Assembly: GCF_001194135.2 (NCBI RefSeq)
Contig: NC_068981.1
Coordinates: 4,962,099 to 5,008,336 of the forward strand
DNA: 46,238 bases
From: Octopus bimaculoides
Lineage: Eukaryota
Direction of reading: 5' to 3'
Both the position numbers and the translations under genes were made by a program. Positions 1-10,303 of this stretch are shown here, in pieces. The first letter of the stretch is position 1; each line of letters begins with the position of its first letter. Below the pieces are notes generated by a model, which saw only the letters and a program-made list of their open reading frames with translations, had not been told where the DNA came from and did no database searches.

Positions 1-18
1 ATATATATATATATATAT

Positions 19-160
19 GACGGGCTTCTTTCAGTTTCCGTCTACCATATCCACTCACAAGGCTTTGGTCGACACTTGCCCAAGGTGCCACGTAGTGGGA
101 CTGAACCCAGAACCATGCATTTGGTAAGCAAGCTACTTACCACACACCCACTCCTGCACC
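19..160 (-). mobile_element. SINE family 1 (tRNA head, CCTTGGGCAAGT CORE-like box), 5' half
   Basis: Matches the many copies in the window. Confidence 0.8.
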
Positions 161-984
161 TGTGTGTGTGTGTGTGTATATGTACACACACATAAATGCA
201 CACACAATACCTGAGCATATGCATGTGCATACATTTATGTATAGTTTGTCATTTTATTTGATTTCAATCCAAACTAACAATTTTTTTTTTTTTTTTTTTA
301 TGAACTCATACAATCTCCAGTTATTTATTTTTTTAAACTAAACTTTGTTCCATTTATTATGTTGTATTTTGTTTGTTGGGTTTTTTTTTTTCTAGATAAA
401 TCCATTGTTGGTGTTTTCTTATCTATATTTTTGTGTTGGAGAAAACGCCTGAGTGCATTAGTCTGCTGCACGGTTATCACAAACAACTTGTTTCTCTTGC
501 TCAATGCAACATCAACAACAACAATAATAATAATAATAGCAGCAAAAATAACTCGATAAAAACAAGAGCAATAATAAAAAAAAATAATAGAAAAATTAAT
601 AATAGAAATAACAATAATCTTGCTGCTCTTTCAATTGCCAAGATTTCCTGTTTTTCCACCTATTTTCATGACTGTTGTAGACAAATGTCTTTCTCGACCA
701 ATATTTCTCTTTCCTGTTCACAATAATTAACGAAGTTTGTTTTGATTCCATTGTCGGGGTTCATCATCATCATTACATCCATCATCACCATCATTGTTAT
801 CATCAACGTTATCGATATTCTCGTTTTTGCAAGGATTACGTAAGAACCTGTGTTATTGTTTCACTCTGACAGAATAAATATTGTTGCGTGCGTGCGTGCG
901 TGCGTTTCTTCCTGCGTGATCATAGTTCTTGCGAGTGTGTATCACTGTAATGGAGGCAGTGTCATTCATTTTCACTATTCTGAG

Positions 985-1127
985 AAAACGTGTCTGGCGA
1001 TGAGGAAATACGACCTTGCTTGGAAACAAATGAGGGTTGGTGACTGGAAAGGTGTCCGGCTGTGGAAGATTCACCTCCACAAATTCTGCCTGACCCATGC
1101 TTGCATGGGAAAATGGAGGTTAGAACA
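985..1127 (+). mobile_element. RTE-related 3' fragment (subfamily b)
   Basis: gagggttggtgac.ggaaagg..tccggctgt..acccatgc.tgcatgg.aaaatgga.gtta. Inverted copy at 1235-1380 and another at about 2065-2185. Confidence 0.65.
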
Positions 1128-1184
1128 ATGTGTGTGTGTATATATGTGTGCATATATGTATGTATATGTGTGTATATGTATATA

Positions 1185-1230
<46 letters not shown>

Positions 1231-1540
1231 CACCATTTTAACATCTACTTTTCCATGCCAGCATGAGTCGGATGGAGTTGAGGCAGATTTTTCATAGCGG
1301 GATGCTTTTCCTGTCACCAACCCTCACCTGTTTCCAAGCAAAGTAATCTCCCTTCATAGCCAGACATGTTTTCATAGAATATTACATCTTGTGTATGATA
1401 GTGACACTCATGTTACAACTATGAGAACTTGGTGTGGCCTCTGGCCTTGCCAGCTCTGGTCAAACTGTCCAGCCCATGCCAGCATGGAAGACAATGATGA
1501 TGATGATATGTCAAGACAAAGAGACACAAATACCCACTCG

Positions 1541-1583
<43 letters not shown>

Positions 1584-1594
1584 ACAGTAGGAAC

Positions 1595-1700
1595 GTCTTT
1601 CTGTTTCCCTCTACCAAATCTATGTGCAAGGCTTTGTGTGATCCATGGCTTTAGTAAAAAGACATTTGTCCAAGGTGCCATGCAGTAGGACTGAATCCAG

Positions 1701-1702
<2 letters not shown>
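1595..1702 (-). mobile_element. SINE family 1 fragment
   Basis: Similarity to the other copies. Confidence 0.65.

Positions 1703-1703
<1 letters not shown>

Positions 1704-1784
<81 letters not shown>
1704..1784. repeat. (TG)n microsatellite
   Basis: Perfect dinucleotide run; many shorter ones occur elsewhere. Confidence 0.95.
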
Positions 1785-1788
<4 letters not shown>

Positions 1789-2291
1789 GAGGTTTTGATT
1801 CTCTGGGACTGGGCACCAAACAGTGATTGATAAACAAACTTAACCGCAGAGCCATGCTTCTACACCGATCTCCAGTACTGACCAATCACCTAAATAATAA
1901 CTCACTATATTTAACGAATCTTCTGATTAATTAGTGAGCTTCGTTCTATAGTTGGCCCTCATCTTAACCATTCTTAACCTTTCCAAATGATTTTCCGGTC
2001 CTGGTTCCCTCTGAGTAGTCTTGAGGTGCTTTTCGATTGTTTGTCATCGTCAGTTGAATGTCCATTTTTTTTCCCCATGCCTACATGGGTCAGACTGGAT
2101 TTGTTGGGGCAGATTTTCTGTGGCAGGATGCCCTTCTTGTTGCCAACCTTCACCTGTTTACAGGAAATGTGCTATGTTGCTTGTATAATGATGATACTTG
2201 TTTACAGCTATCATGTGATGTCAGGTCAAGAGTATATACATACATGCATATATATATATATATATATTATTCTTAAACAAGAATATTATTG

Positions 2292-2335
2292 ACAGTGACT
2301 TTGAAGTTTTGGCCAGTATTTCACCCTCAGACTGT
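2292..2335 (-). ncRNA. Decayed type I hammerhead motif (family 2), left arm of palindrome
   Basis: Minus strand ACAGT-CTGAGGG-T-GAAATACTGGCC-AAAAC-TTCAAA-GTC-ACTGT. Stem I is perfect; core and stem II are mutated. Confidence 0.5.
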
Positions 2336-2431
2336 GATGCCATGAAGTTAATCAATAAAAATTTCTCCAAAACACCTCCCCATAACAACCCAACAGAGAC
2401 TATATAAAGCCAAGATTAACTTCAATGCATC

Positions 2432-2476
2432 ACGGTCTGACAATGGCTTACCTGGCCAACACTTCGAAGTCACTGT
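2432..2476 (+). ncRNA. Decayed type I hammerhead motif (family 2), right arm of palindrome
   Basis: ACGGT-CTGACAA-T-GGC(7 nt)GCC-AACAC-TTCGAA-GTC-ACTGT. Stems I and II, the palindromic stem III and the GUC site are preserved, with 3 core substitutions. Confidence 0.55.
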
Positions 2477-2509
2477 CAATAATATTCTTAAGGAATAATA
2501 AATTTATAC

Positions 2510-2745
2510 TATACACTGTATAGAGTAACCCTTCAGATTAATGTAAACCACGCATTAATCCACACTTGTCCTTGAGATGCCCTGCCCTTTATTAATGGAG
2601 TCTTCACATTCCAGTTTTTTTGTTGATTTTTATAGATGTTGGACTCCCTACCATTCTCTCAGGTTTGGGACTTTTCTTTCAACATCTTCTGCTATGAGAA
2701 CCAGGTCATCAGTAAAGGAAATTCCCAAGGAGTAAATCTGTACTC
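2510..2745 (-). pseudogene. Degraded RTE LINE reverse-transcriptase fragment
   Basis: PWEF/TDDLVLIAED...SIQC, resembling the RTE PWELLYADDLVLIAE...NSIQC region. Confidence 0.55.
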
Positions 2746-2799
2746 TTTCTTTTTTATATTATTGGGGTCATGCTGGGGCTTTGCCTTCAAGGATTTTAA

Positions 2800-3066
2800 T
2801 TAACCCTTTAGCATTCAAACCAGCTGTATCTGGCCCAAATATTCTACTCATTTATGTTCAGATTGACCAGATCCAGCCTCTCACTCCTACCCTATAATGC
2901 CATTCATCTTTATCATCATTTAACATCCGTTGGCCAGAGCTGACAAGCTGGAGGGCTGCACCAGGCTCCAGTCTGATTTGGCATGGTTTCTACAGCTGGA
3001 TGCCCTTCCTAACATGAATAAATAGGTGCAGCAATTGACAGAGTAATCTAAATGCTAAAGGGTTAA
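2800..3066. mobile_element. TTAA-flanked MITE (piggyBac-like) with a nested RTE 3' fragment (about 2908-3013)
   Basis: TIRs ttaaCCCTTTAGCATT ... AATGCTAAAGGGttaa. Confidence 0.75.
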
Positions 3067-3183
3067 TCTCCTCTCTGTGTACTGATTTCAAATCCTGCCA
3101 TGGGGTTGTCTACTCCTGTGAATAAAACATTCAGTGATATTTCAAGAAAGCTTTCCAGGGTAAAATAAACTCAGTAAATGCAA

Positions 3184-3250
3184 CTGGAGAGCCGAAATGT
3201 GATAACAACTAACAAGGTGAGGGCACCTATCTGCTCATTGTAAATAATGT
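3184..3250 (+). mobile_element. Hammerhead-SINE 3' tail fragment
   Basis: agccgaaa...taacaactaacaaggtg...cattgtaaataatgt tail, tail-to-tail with the next copy. Confidence 0.65.
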
Positions 3251-3255
3251 TTCAA

Positions 3256-3524
3256 CGTTATTTACAATGGGCCGACAGGTGTCTGCACCTTGTTAGTTGT
3301 TACGTTTCAGCTGATGTATTCTCCAGCCTTCATCAGGTGTTCTGGTGGAATTTCAAACCCAACCCTTTATTTGACTAATGGGGTACTCTGTTCTCATTCC
3401 TAGGGTATTTTTTTTTCTTTTGCTGGTGTTAATTTTTGTTTATTTTTCTTCAGTTCCTGCCTAGGACTGAACTCAGAATCTAAGGGTTAGTAGACCGTGA
3501 TCTTATCCACTACACTATATCTCC
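3256..3524 (-). mobile_element. tRNA-headed SINE with hammerhead motif (stem I 3' strand deleted)
   Basis: A-box-like TAGTGTAGTGG and B-box-like GTTCAGTCC head, shared body, and AACAC-CTGATGA-A-GGCTG..CAGCT-GAAAC-GTA at 3341-3301. Confidence 0.75.
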
Positions 3525-3546
3525 ATAGACAATTATAGAGTGGGAT

Positions 3547-3677
3547 GAAGTTAACCTTCCCTGCGAAGTTAACCTGCCCTGCGAAGTTAACCTGCCCTGC
3601 GAAGTTAACCTGCCCTGTGTGGCGAAGTTAACCTGCTCTGTGCCGTGAAGTTAACCTGCTCTGTGCCGTGAAGTTAA
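3547..3677 (+). repeat. Minisatellite, 7 units (18 bp then 23 bp) of GAAGTTAACCTGCCCTGC
   Basis: Directly visible tandem units. Confidence 0.9.
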
Positions 3678-3856
3678 ATTCATCGACAGAGAACACCACT
3701 GGAAAATACAAAAATTAGGAGGCAGCACATATACTATGACGGAATAACTGCCTAAGCAGACCTAGTGCAGATATAAATGTAATACAGGAACCGGTATTAA
3801 GAAAAGATAAAATATTAGGTTTACGAGCCCAAAAGGTCACTCGGTAATTGTGTACG

Positions 3857-4130
3857 GGCATATAGCATAGTGGACAAGAGCATGGGATACTAACCCGAGT
3901 TCAATCCCAGGCAGGGACTTGGGAAAGAATATCAACAGAAAAATATAGCATCATCAAAATATAATAGATTAGGAATGAGAACAGAGCACCCCATTAGTCA
4001 AATAAAGGGTTGGGTTTGAAATTCCACCAGGACACCTGATGAAGGCTGAAATGTAACAACAAAAAAGGTGAGGACACCTGTTTGTCCATTTTAAATAATG
4101 TATGTAATTCATCATCTCAAAAATAGATTG
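3857..4130 (+). mobile_element. tRNA-headed SINE with partly deleted hammerhead
   Basis: A-box TAGCATAGTGG at 3863-3873 and B-box GTTCAATCC near 3899. GACAC-CTGATGA-AGGCTG at 4031-4048 is followed by a deletion of the stem II loop. Confidence 0.75.
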
Positions 4131-5109
4131 CAATTGAAACAGTATTTTATACAGCTTGGCAAGCTTTCTGCAATGTCAGTGAATGTATTATTCATGTTTT
4201 CTTATGTCTCAAAGGAGATGAATTTTGTCTGAGCATGGGACAAGTGGGACAGGTCATTGACAAGTGCCCAAGAAAGCCAGAATGCATCTGACGTTCACAT
4301 GAGTCACTGCTGAAACAATGTTCATCTTGCTTTTGTGTTTTTAACACCTGTCTTTGAGGAAATTTTGTCTCAGACAAAAACCACAGTATCATGCCTTTCA
4401 ATGCTAGTATATTCTCTTAGTATGATACACAGATGTCTGTTTTAATTAAATGTTGTTTCATTTGCATACACTAATTTCCCTTGATAATTTCATTCAGCAT
4501 TGATTTCTCTCACCCACCTATTTACTCTGACATTGATCAGCAGTTCTTTACTTCCACAGTCTAGTATTTTAGTTCATTCCTTTTAATTCTTGGCCTAATT
4601 CTTCTACAAATATCTGTTATTATCATCAGCAGCACATCTACGTCACCAAACCTGTCTCTCCTTTGTTCTATAATGATAAATTTCTAGTATGTTGACCCTT
4701 GAATTTTCTATTATCCATTGTGAGCAATTAAGTTGATTCTTTGTTGATTTTCTTTTCATGAGATTATTTATTCCCAAAGAAGAAAATATCTAAATATATT
4801 CCATCATTACTTAAGAATTAAGCTTGTAAAAGATTCACTGTTCACACAAATATCTTAGTGACTAGAGAAAGGATTTGGAGTCGCATAAAACCACAGGTGT
4901 TGGTGCCTCATATAAAATGCGCTGGTGTTGGTGTGCTTGATGCCATGTAAAAAAAAAACCACTCAGTACACCCTGTTAAAAGTGGTTGGCATTAGGAAGG
5001 GTATCCAGCCGTAGAAACTCTGCCCAACCCATACCAGCTTAGAAAATAGACCTTCAATGATGATAATTCTATCGTTATGTAAGGATTATTTAAGCTTGTA
5101 TAAAGAAGT

Positions 5110-5255
5110 GCCAATCACTAAAAGTGGATGGCACCTGTAAAAGTGGGAGACTCAGGAAGACATGGGATGAAGTGGTGAGGATGCTGGGCCTTGTGGAGAT
5201 GACAATGGATTGGGATGTCTGGTGATATGATGTTCTTGAGAAGACCCACCTATTT
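5110..5255 (+). pseudogene. RTE LINE ORF extreme C-terminus remnant
   Basis: GTCKSGRLRKTWDEVV..EMTMDWDVW*YDVLEKT. Confidence 0.65.
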
Positions 5256-5279
5256 CAACTGAGTTCTGTGTTTCACCCA

Positions 5280-5545
5280 CATCATCATCGTGTGGTGGGT
5301 GCTTTTACAGGGCCAGTCAGGCGGTTCTGGCAATGACTACGCTCAAAAGGTGTTTTTTATGTGCCACCTGCACAAGAGCCAGTCTGGTGGCACTGGCAAC
5401 AACCATGCTCGAATGTTGTTTTTCACGCGCCACCGGCACATGTGCCAGTAAGGTGATGCTGGTAATGATCACGCTTGAATGGTGCTTTTTACGTGCCACT
5501 GGCACGGGAGCAAATCCATGGCCCTGGCAACAATCACACTCGGAT
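5280..5545 (-). mobile_element. RTE-related 3' fragment, tandem-unit region
   Basis: About 3 units of GTGCCRGTGGCACRTAAAAAGCACC. Confidence 0.75.
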
Positions 5546-6344
5546 ATATAACTATAAAAAATAATTTTGAAGCTTAATAAAAGTAGTTTTCAATGTGACT
5601 AATATAACATTTCCAACAAAGCATTCATTAAGACTAAGATTTGTAGATCTGGGAAAATAATGTCACACTTGTGTGCTCCACACATAATATTGTTCCCATG
5701 CTCTCTCAACAAGTGGCCAGTCAAAATTGTCACCATTTTCACAAAGTACTAATTTGCAGATCTTGTCCTTGAACTTAGTACTTGAAAATGCTGACTTTTC
5801 AAACGTAAGTGTAAAATTATATTGTCTGACCACTTGTTGAGACCCTAAAACTTGTTCTTGTAATGTTTAAATGGCTTCTTATGTAAGTATTATTTTACTG
5901 GCTTAGCAGACCTGAGGCCACCAGCCAAATATAAAAATGGCCTTACAGTCAGCTAAGCAGGCAAAGTATTACTATAAGAAACAAGTTTTCAACATGTTTT
6001 GCAAAGCAAAAAATATCAGCTTTTTTTTTTTTGTATTTTGAAGAAATTACATTGGTGCTTGGGTCACCTTCCTCCAAATGAGTACTCTGTATAAAAATGT
6101 GAGAATTGCTGAAATAAATGCCTGACCCCCCCCCCACCCACCTACTTATAATATGCATGCAAATTCAGGACACTGTACTCTAATAGTACAATGCTCAAAA
6201 AGCCAGGAAATGTTTTCTGTCTCCTGGAATCAAATATCATGAACTCCAAATGGATGCAAATTGTGAAGTTTGAATCTATGGTAGCAACTGCGAGCAAGTG
6301 TAGACACGTCAGTTACGCAAGTATCTATTCTCTTTTAGACAGGT

Positions 6345-6850
6345 GAGTAAAAAGCACCATCCAAACTGGTTGATGCCAGTGCCNNNNNNNNNNAAATATC
6401 ATGAACTCCAAATGGATGCAAATTGTGAAGTTTGAATCTATGGTAGCAACTGCGAGCAAGTGTAGACACGTCAGTTACGCAAGTATCTATTCTCTTTTAG
6501 ACAGGTGAGTAAAAAGCACCATCCAAACACGAACAATGCCAGTCTCCCCCCTCCCCCGATTGGCTCCTGTGCTGGTGGCACATAAAAAGCACCATCCAAA
6601 CTGGTTGATGCCAGTGCCGCCTGACTGGCTCCCGTACCAGTGGCATGTAAAAGGTACCATCCAAACGTGGTTGATGCCAGTGCCAGTGGCACATAAAAGC
6701 ACCCACTACACTCTCAGAGTGGTTGGCGTTGGAAGGGCATCCAGCTGTAGAAACTTTGCCAGATCGGATCGGAGCAACCTCCTAGCTTGCCAGTCCTCTG
6801 TCAAGCTATCCAACCCATGCCAGCATGGAAAACGGACATTGAATGATGAT
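6345..6850 (+). mobile_element. RTE-related 3' fragment with tandem units and (GAT)n tail
   Basis: Tandem units followed by GGAAGGGCATCCAGCTGTAGAAAC...CCCATGCCAGCATGGAAAACGGAC. Confidence 0.8.
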
Positions 6851-7210
6851 TATATGTCACAGTGTTTATGGGTTACAGCAGTTAAAAGTATTTGGTTAGC
6901 TTAAGCTGCCAGAACGTTTTTAGTATTAAAAAAATCTTGTACATGTTGCGTCAGTTACAATGGATTTGCCCTATAGCAAGCAGTAAAGTGTGACTCGAGG
7001 GAGACTTCAGTTCTTGAGTGACTCTGTAGAGGTTTCTTCAGCAGCTGATAGTTTTATACATAAAATTCTGATGTAATTACATCTTTTATTTCATTTAATT
7101 ACAGTTAATTAACCTTGCAAATCCAATGATGTTTTGACTTTTTTTCTCTCTCTCTAGAAAATAACGTCATTCACTCTAAAATAACAATGTTAACTCTAAT
7201 ATATCCACAG

Positions 7211-7255
<45 letters not shown>

Positions 7256-7542
7256 CCTCCTTTTGGCTCTAATTAGGAAAAGTCAGGTCTTTTAGAAATC
7301 ACATTATTAATTATTAAATTTTGATATTTCTTAAAACTATCCTAATTATCGTTAGTTTTCTAAATTCTTTGTCATGCTGCACACTCCCACGCGCTTCTTG
7401 TTTCTTTGTTGTGTCACTTAACGAGAATAACGAGAGGACTGACATTTAACTTTTTGTATTTCTGGGACTGGCTTTGACTGTGGTGGAACAGCTTTGGCCA
7501 GGGGTCGGGGTGAGGGTCAGTGTGTACATGTGTATTTTGAAC

Positions 7543-8160
7543 NNNNNNNNNNNNNNNNNNNNNNNNNNNNNNNNNNNNNNNNNNNNNNNNNNNNNNNNNN
7601 NNNNNNNNNNNNNNNNNNNNNNNNNNNNNNNNNNNNNNNNNNNNNNNNNNNNNNNNNNNNNNNNNNNNNNNNNNNNNNNNNNNNNNNNNNNNNNNNNNNN
7701 NNNNNNNNNNNNNNNNNNNNNNNNNNNNNNNNNNNNNNNNNNNNNNNNNNNNNNNNNNNNNNNNNNNNNNNNNNNNNNNNNNNNNNNNNNNNNNNNNNNN
7801 NNNNNNNNNNNNNNNNNNNNNNNNNNNNNNNNNNNNNNNNNNNNNNNNNNNNNNNNNNNNNNNNNNNNNNNNNNNNNNNNNNNNNNNNNNNNNNNNNNNN
7901 NNNNNNNNNNNNNNNNNNNNNNNNNNNNNNNNNNNNNNNNNNNNNNNNNNNNNNNNNNNNNNNNNNNNNNNNNNNNNNNNNNNNNNNNNNNNNNNNNNNN
8001 NNNNNNNNNNNNNNNNNNNNNNNNNNNNNNNNNNNNNNNNNNNNNNNNNNNNNNNNNNNNNNNNNNNNNNNNNNNNNNNNNNNNNNNNNNNNNNNNNNNN
8101 NNNNNNNNNNNNNNNNNNNNNNNNNNNNNNNNNNNNNNNNNNNNNNNNNNNNNNNNNNNN
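7543..8160. other. Assembly gap (other gaps: 6384-6393, 11784-11861, 28010-28019, 30326-30335, 33345-33354, 35813-36150, 36515-36524, 36974-37502, 41166-41755, 44707-44716)
   Basis: Runs of N. Confidence 0.99.
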
Positions 8161-8664
8161 GTCTCCCTGTCCCCCATCCCCCTCACTCTCTATCTCCCCA
8201 CCCTTTATCTCATTGTCTCCCTCCTCCTCTTCCTGTATCCCCCCTCTATATTCCCCCATTCTCTCTCTTCCTCAAGAGTACTAAGAATTCTAGTTCTTTC
8301 TATTCTGACATTCATATTAATGGTTGGAATTGGTTGTCTACTGCTGGATTCACTCATCTGAACAACAACAGCACCCACCAACACTAAGCTCCCCCCCACA
8401 CACACACACACATCCATGCAACAATTCTTATTAGTGTTAAGGTGGTGAACTGAAGGATTGTTTGTGCATCGCATGAAATAGCGCTTTTTTCTGGTGCTCT
8501 ACATTGAGTTCAAATCCTGCTGAACACAGCTTTGCTTTTCCTCTTTTAAGGGGTCAAGTGTGGGTTTGGGAGTGGGGTGTCAATGTAATCGACTCCCACC
8601 CTGCCTGCAAAATTTCTGGCCTTGTGCCAAGATTAGAAAGGATCATTATTATTTCTAATGTAGT

Positions 8665-8818
8665 GAACTTAGCAGTTTGGCAAAAGAGACCAATAAAATA
8701 AGTACCAGGCTTTACAAAAAAAACATAGATACTGGGGTCGATTCATTCTTCTAAAAATTCTTCAAGGCAGTGCTCCAGCATGACCACTAATGACTGAAAC
8801 AAGTAAAAGATAAAAGAT
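8665..8818 (+). mobile_element. SINE family 1, 3' half
   Basis: gcaaaagagacc..aagtacc..ggggtcgatt..gctccagcatg..gactgaaac tail. Confidence 0.7.
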
Positions 8819-8924
8819 GTGTATGCTTGTTCGTTTTGATCAATATGGAAATGTTTTAATTCCACCCACCCAACCACCCACCCTCACCTCTGCCAGCACC
8901 AGTTGGCTGTTCTGGCAATTTACT

Positions 8925-9130
8925 GGCAGAAACATTAGCACACTGGGTGAAGTGCTTAGGCGTATTTCGTCTGCCTTGACATTCTGAGTTCAAATTCCAC
9001 CGAGGTCGACTTTGCCTTTCATCCTTTCAGGGTCGATAAATTAAGTACCAGTTGCGTACTGGGCTCAATCTAATCGACTGCCCCCCCCTCCTCCAAAATG
9101 TCAGGCCTTGTGCCTTGAGTAGAAAAGAAT
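8925..9130 (+). mobile_element. SINE family 2 (tRNA head; GCCTTTCATCCTTTC..GGTCGATAAA..AAGTACC central domain, Meta/Sauria-like from memory)
   Basis: GAGTTCAAATTCC B-box, conserved core and AGTAGAAAAG tail. A degenerate copy lies at 8450-8645. Confidence 0.8.
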
Positions 9131-9406
9131 TTTGGATGTTAACTGTACTCTTGGATGCCATTCTTGGATTAATCGTTTTTTGTAGTCCATGGAAACTAAA
9201 TGGTTTTATTTTCTTCTCATTAGAAATTTAGGCTGGATTTATCGCAATTCAACACTCGTGCATGTGTACATGCATGAGTGCACACCTGCACAAGCACTCA
9301 CACACACCATTTTTTAATGTTTGCTATTGTCATCATGGTTGGTTTCCTAATTTCCAGTTCTGCAATATTTTTCATATTTGCTGTCTTCTGATAATTTTCT
9401 ATCAAA

Positions 9407-9856
9407 TACAAGGTCTGATCGAAAAATATTGGGACTGTTGCTATGGTAACGGAACTAAACTAGCCAGAGTGAAGCCACTTGGCACAGGCTGACATTGAAC
9501 TCTGTTTTGCCTGCACACCAAATTGTTGTTCACTTCCATTGTTTATGGCAGGACTTGGAAGTAAAGTGTGTAGAGTAAAAAGATCGAGTTTCAGCTGTGG
9601 AGGATCTCCTTGATTGTGTTGAGGAAGACAGAACTTTTGGAAAATGGTCATAACAGGTGAGGAATTGTGGGTCTACGGCTTTGAACCCCAAAGCCAAAGC
9701 TCAGTCTTTACACTGGAAGACCTCCAACAAAACATCAAAGAAATCCAAGAGAATGTGACGAGGTAGTTGCTCAATATCCCCAAAAAAGGAGTTCCAGGAA
9801 TGCTTCCATCAAACAAGTGTGTGGCTTCAGAAGGGGACAATTTTGAAAGAAATTAA
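9407..9856 (+). mobile_element. Internally deleted mariner transposon remnant
   Basis: TA followed by a left-end-like CAAGGTCTGATCGAAAAATATTGGGACT. Frameshifted peptide DLLDCVEEDRTF/MVITGEELWVYGFEP is fused to IKEIQENVTR*LLNIPKK/EFQECF/NKCVASEGDNFE*. Confidence 0.8.
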
Positions 9857-9916
9857 CTCTATTGATACTAATCCACCCCTAAACTGCCCCTGGTTCTACC
9901 ATACTAACTTCTTGTT

Positions 9917-10145
9917 TTAACCCTTTTGTTACCATATTTCTGTTGAGATGCTCTGTGTTTCTTTCATTTACTTTAAATATAACAAAGAATTTAGTAAAAT
10001 AACTTAGCTATCATTAAGCTAGTGTTGGGAATACAAATTGTGACTAAGGTTTGGTGGAAGATTTTAATTCAGAACTTATGAAAACAAGACTTTTGTACTC
10101 AGAGCCAGAGCCGGTTTCAGCTGGGTTGGTAATCGAAAGGGTTAA
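9917..10145. mobile_element. TTAA-flanked MITE (piggyBac-like)
   Basis: TIRs ttaaCCCTTTTGTTACC ... GGTAATCGAAAGGGttaa. A second copy lies at 29120-29350. Confidence 0.8.
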
Positions 10146-10303
10146 AGTCATCTAAATTAAACCTTTCATTAAAATTTCATGTAAAAAAAAAAAAAAACTC
10201 AGTGTAATAACGATAATGTTATTTTACTAAATTCTTCATTACTACAAAGATTAATTGAAATAAAGGCCATGCATTTCAAAACAAATGCTAACGAAAGGGT
10301 TAA
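10146..10303. mobile_element. Related TTAA MITE, right part
   Basis: Ends GCTAACGAAAGGGttaa. Homologous to 29385-29590 and 23679-23790. Confidence 0.6.

Noticed and set aside
6233-6530. Apparent tandem duplication around a 10-N gap (likewise 36477-36555 and 44614-44809)
   Set aside because: Identical sequence on both sides of minimal gaps indicates unmerged contig overlaps, an assembly artefact.
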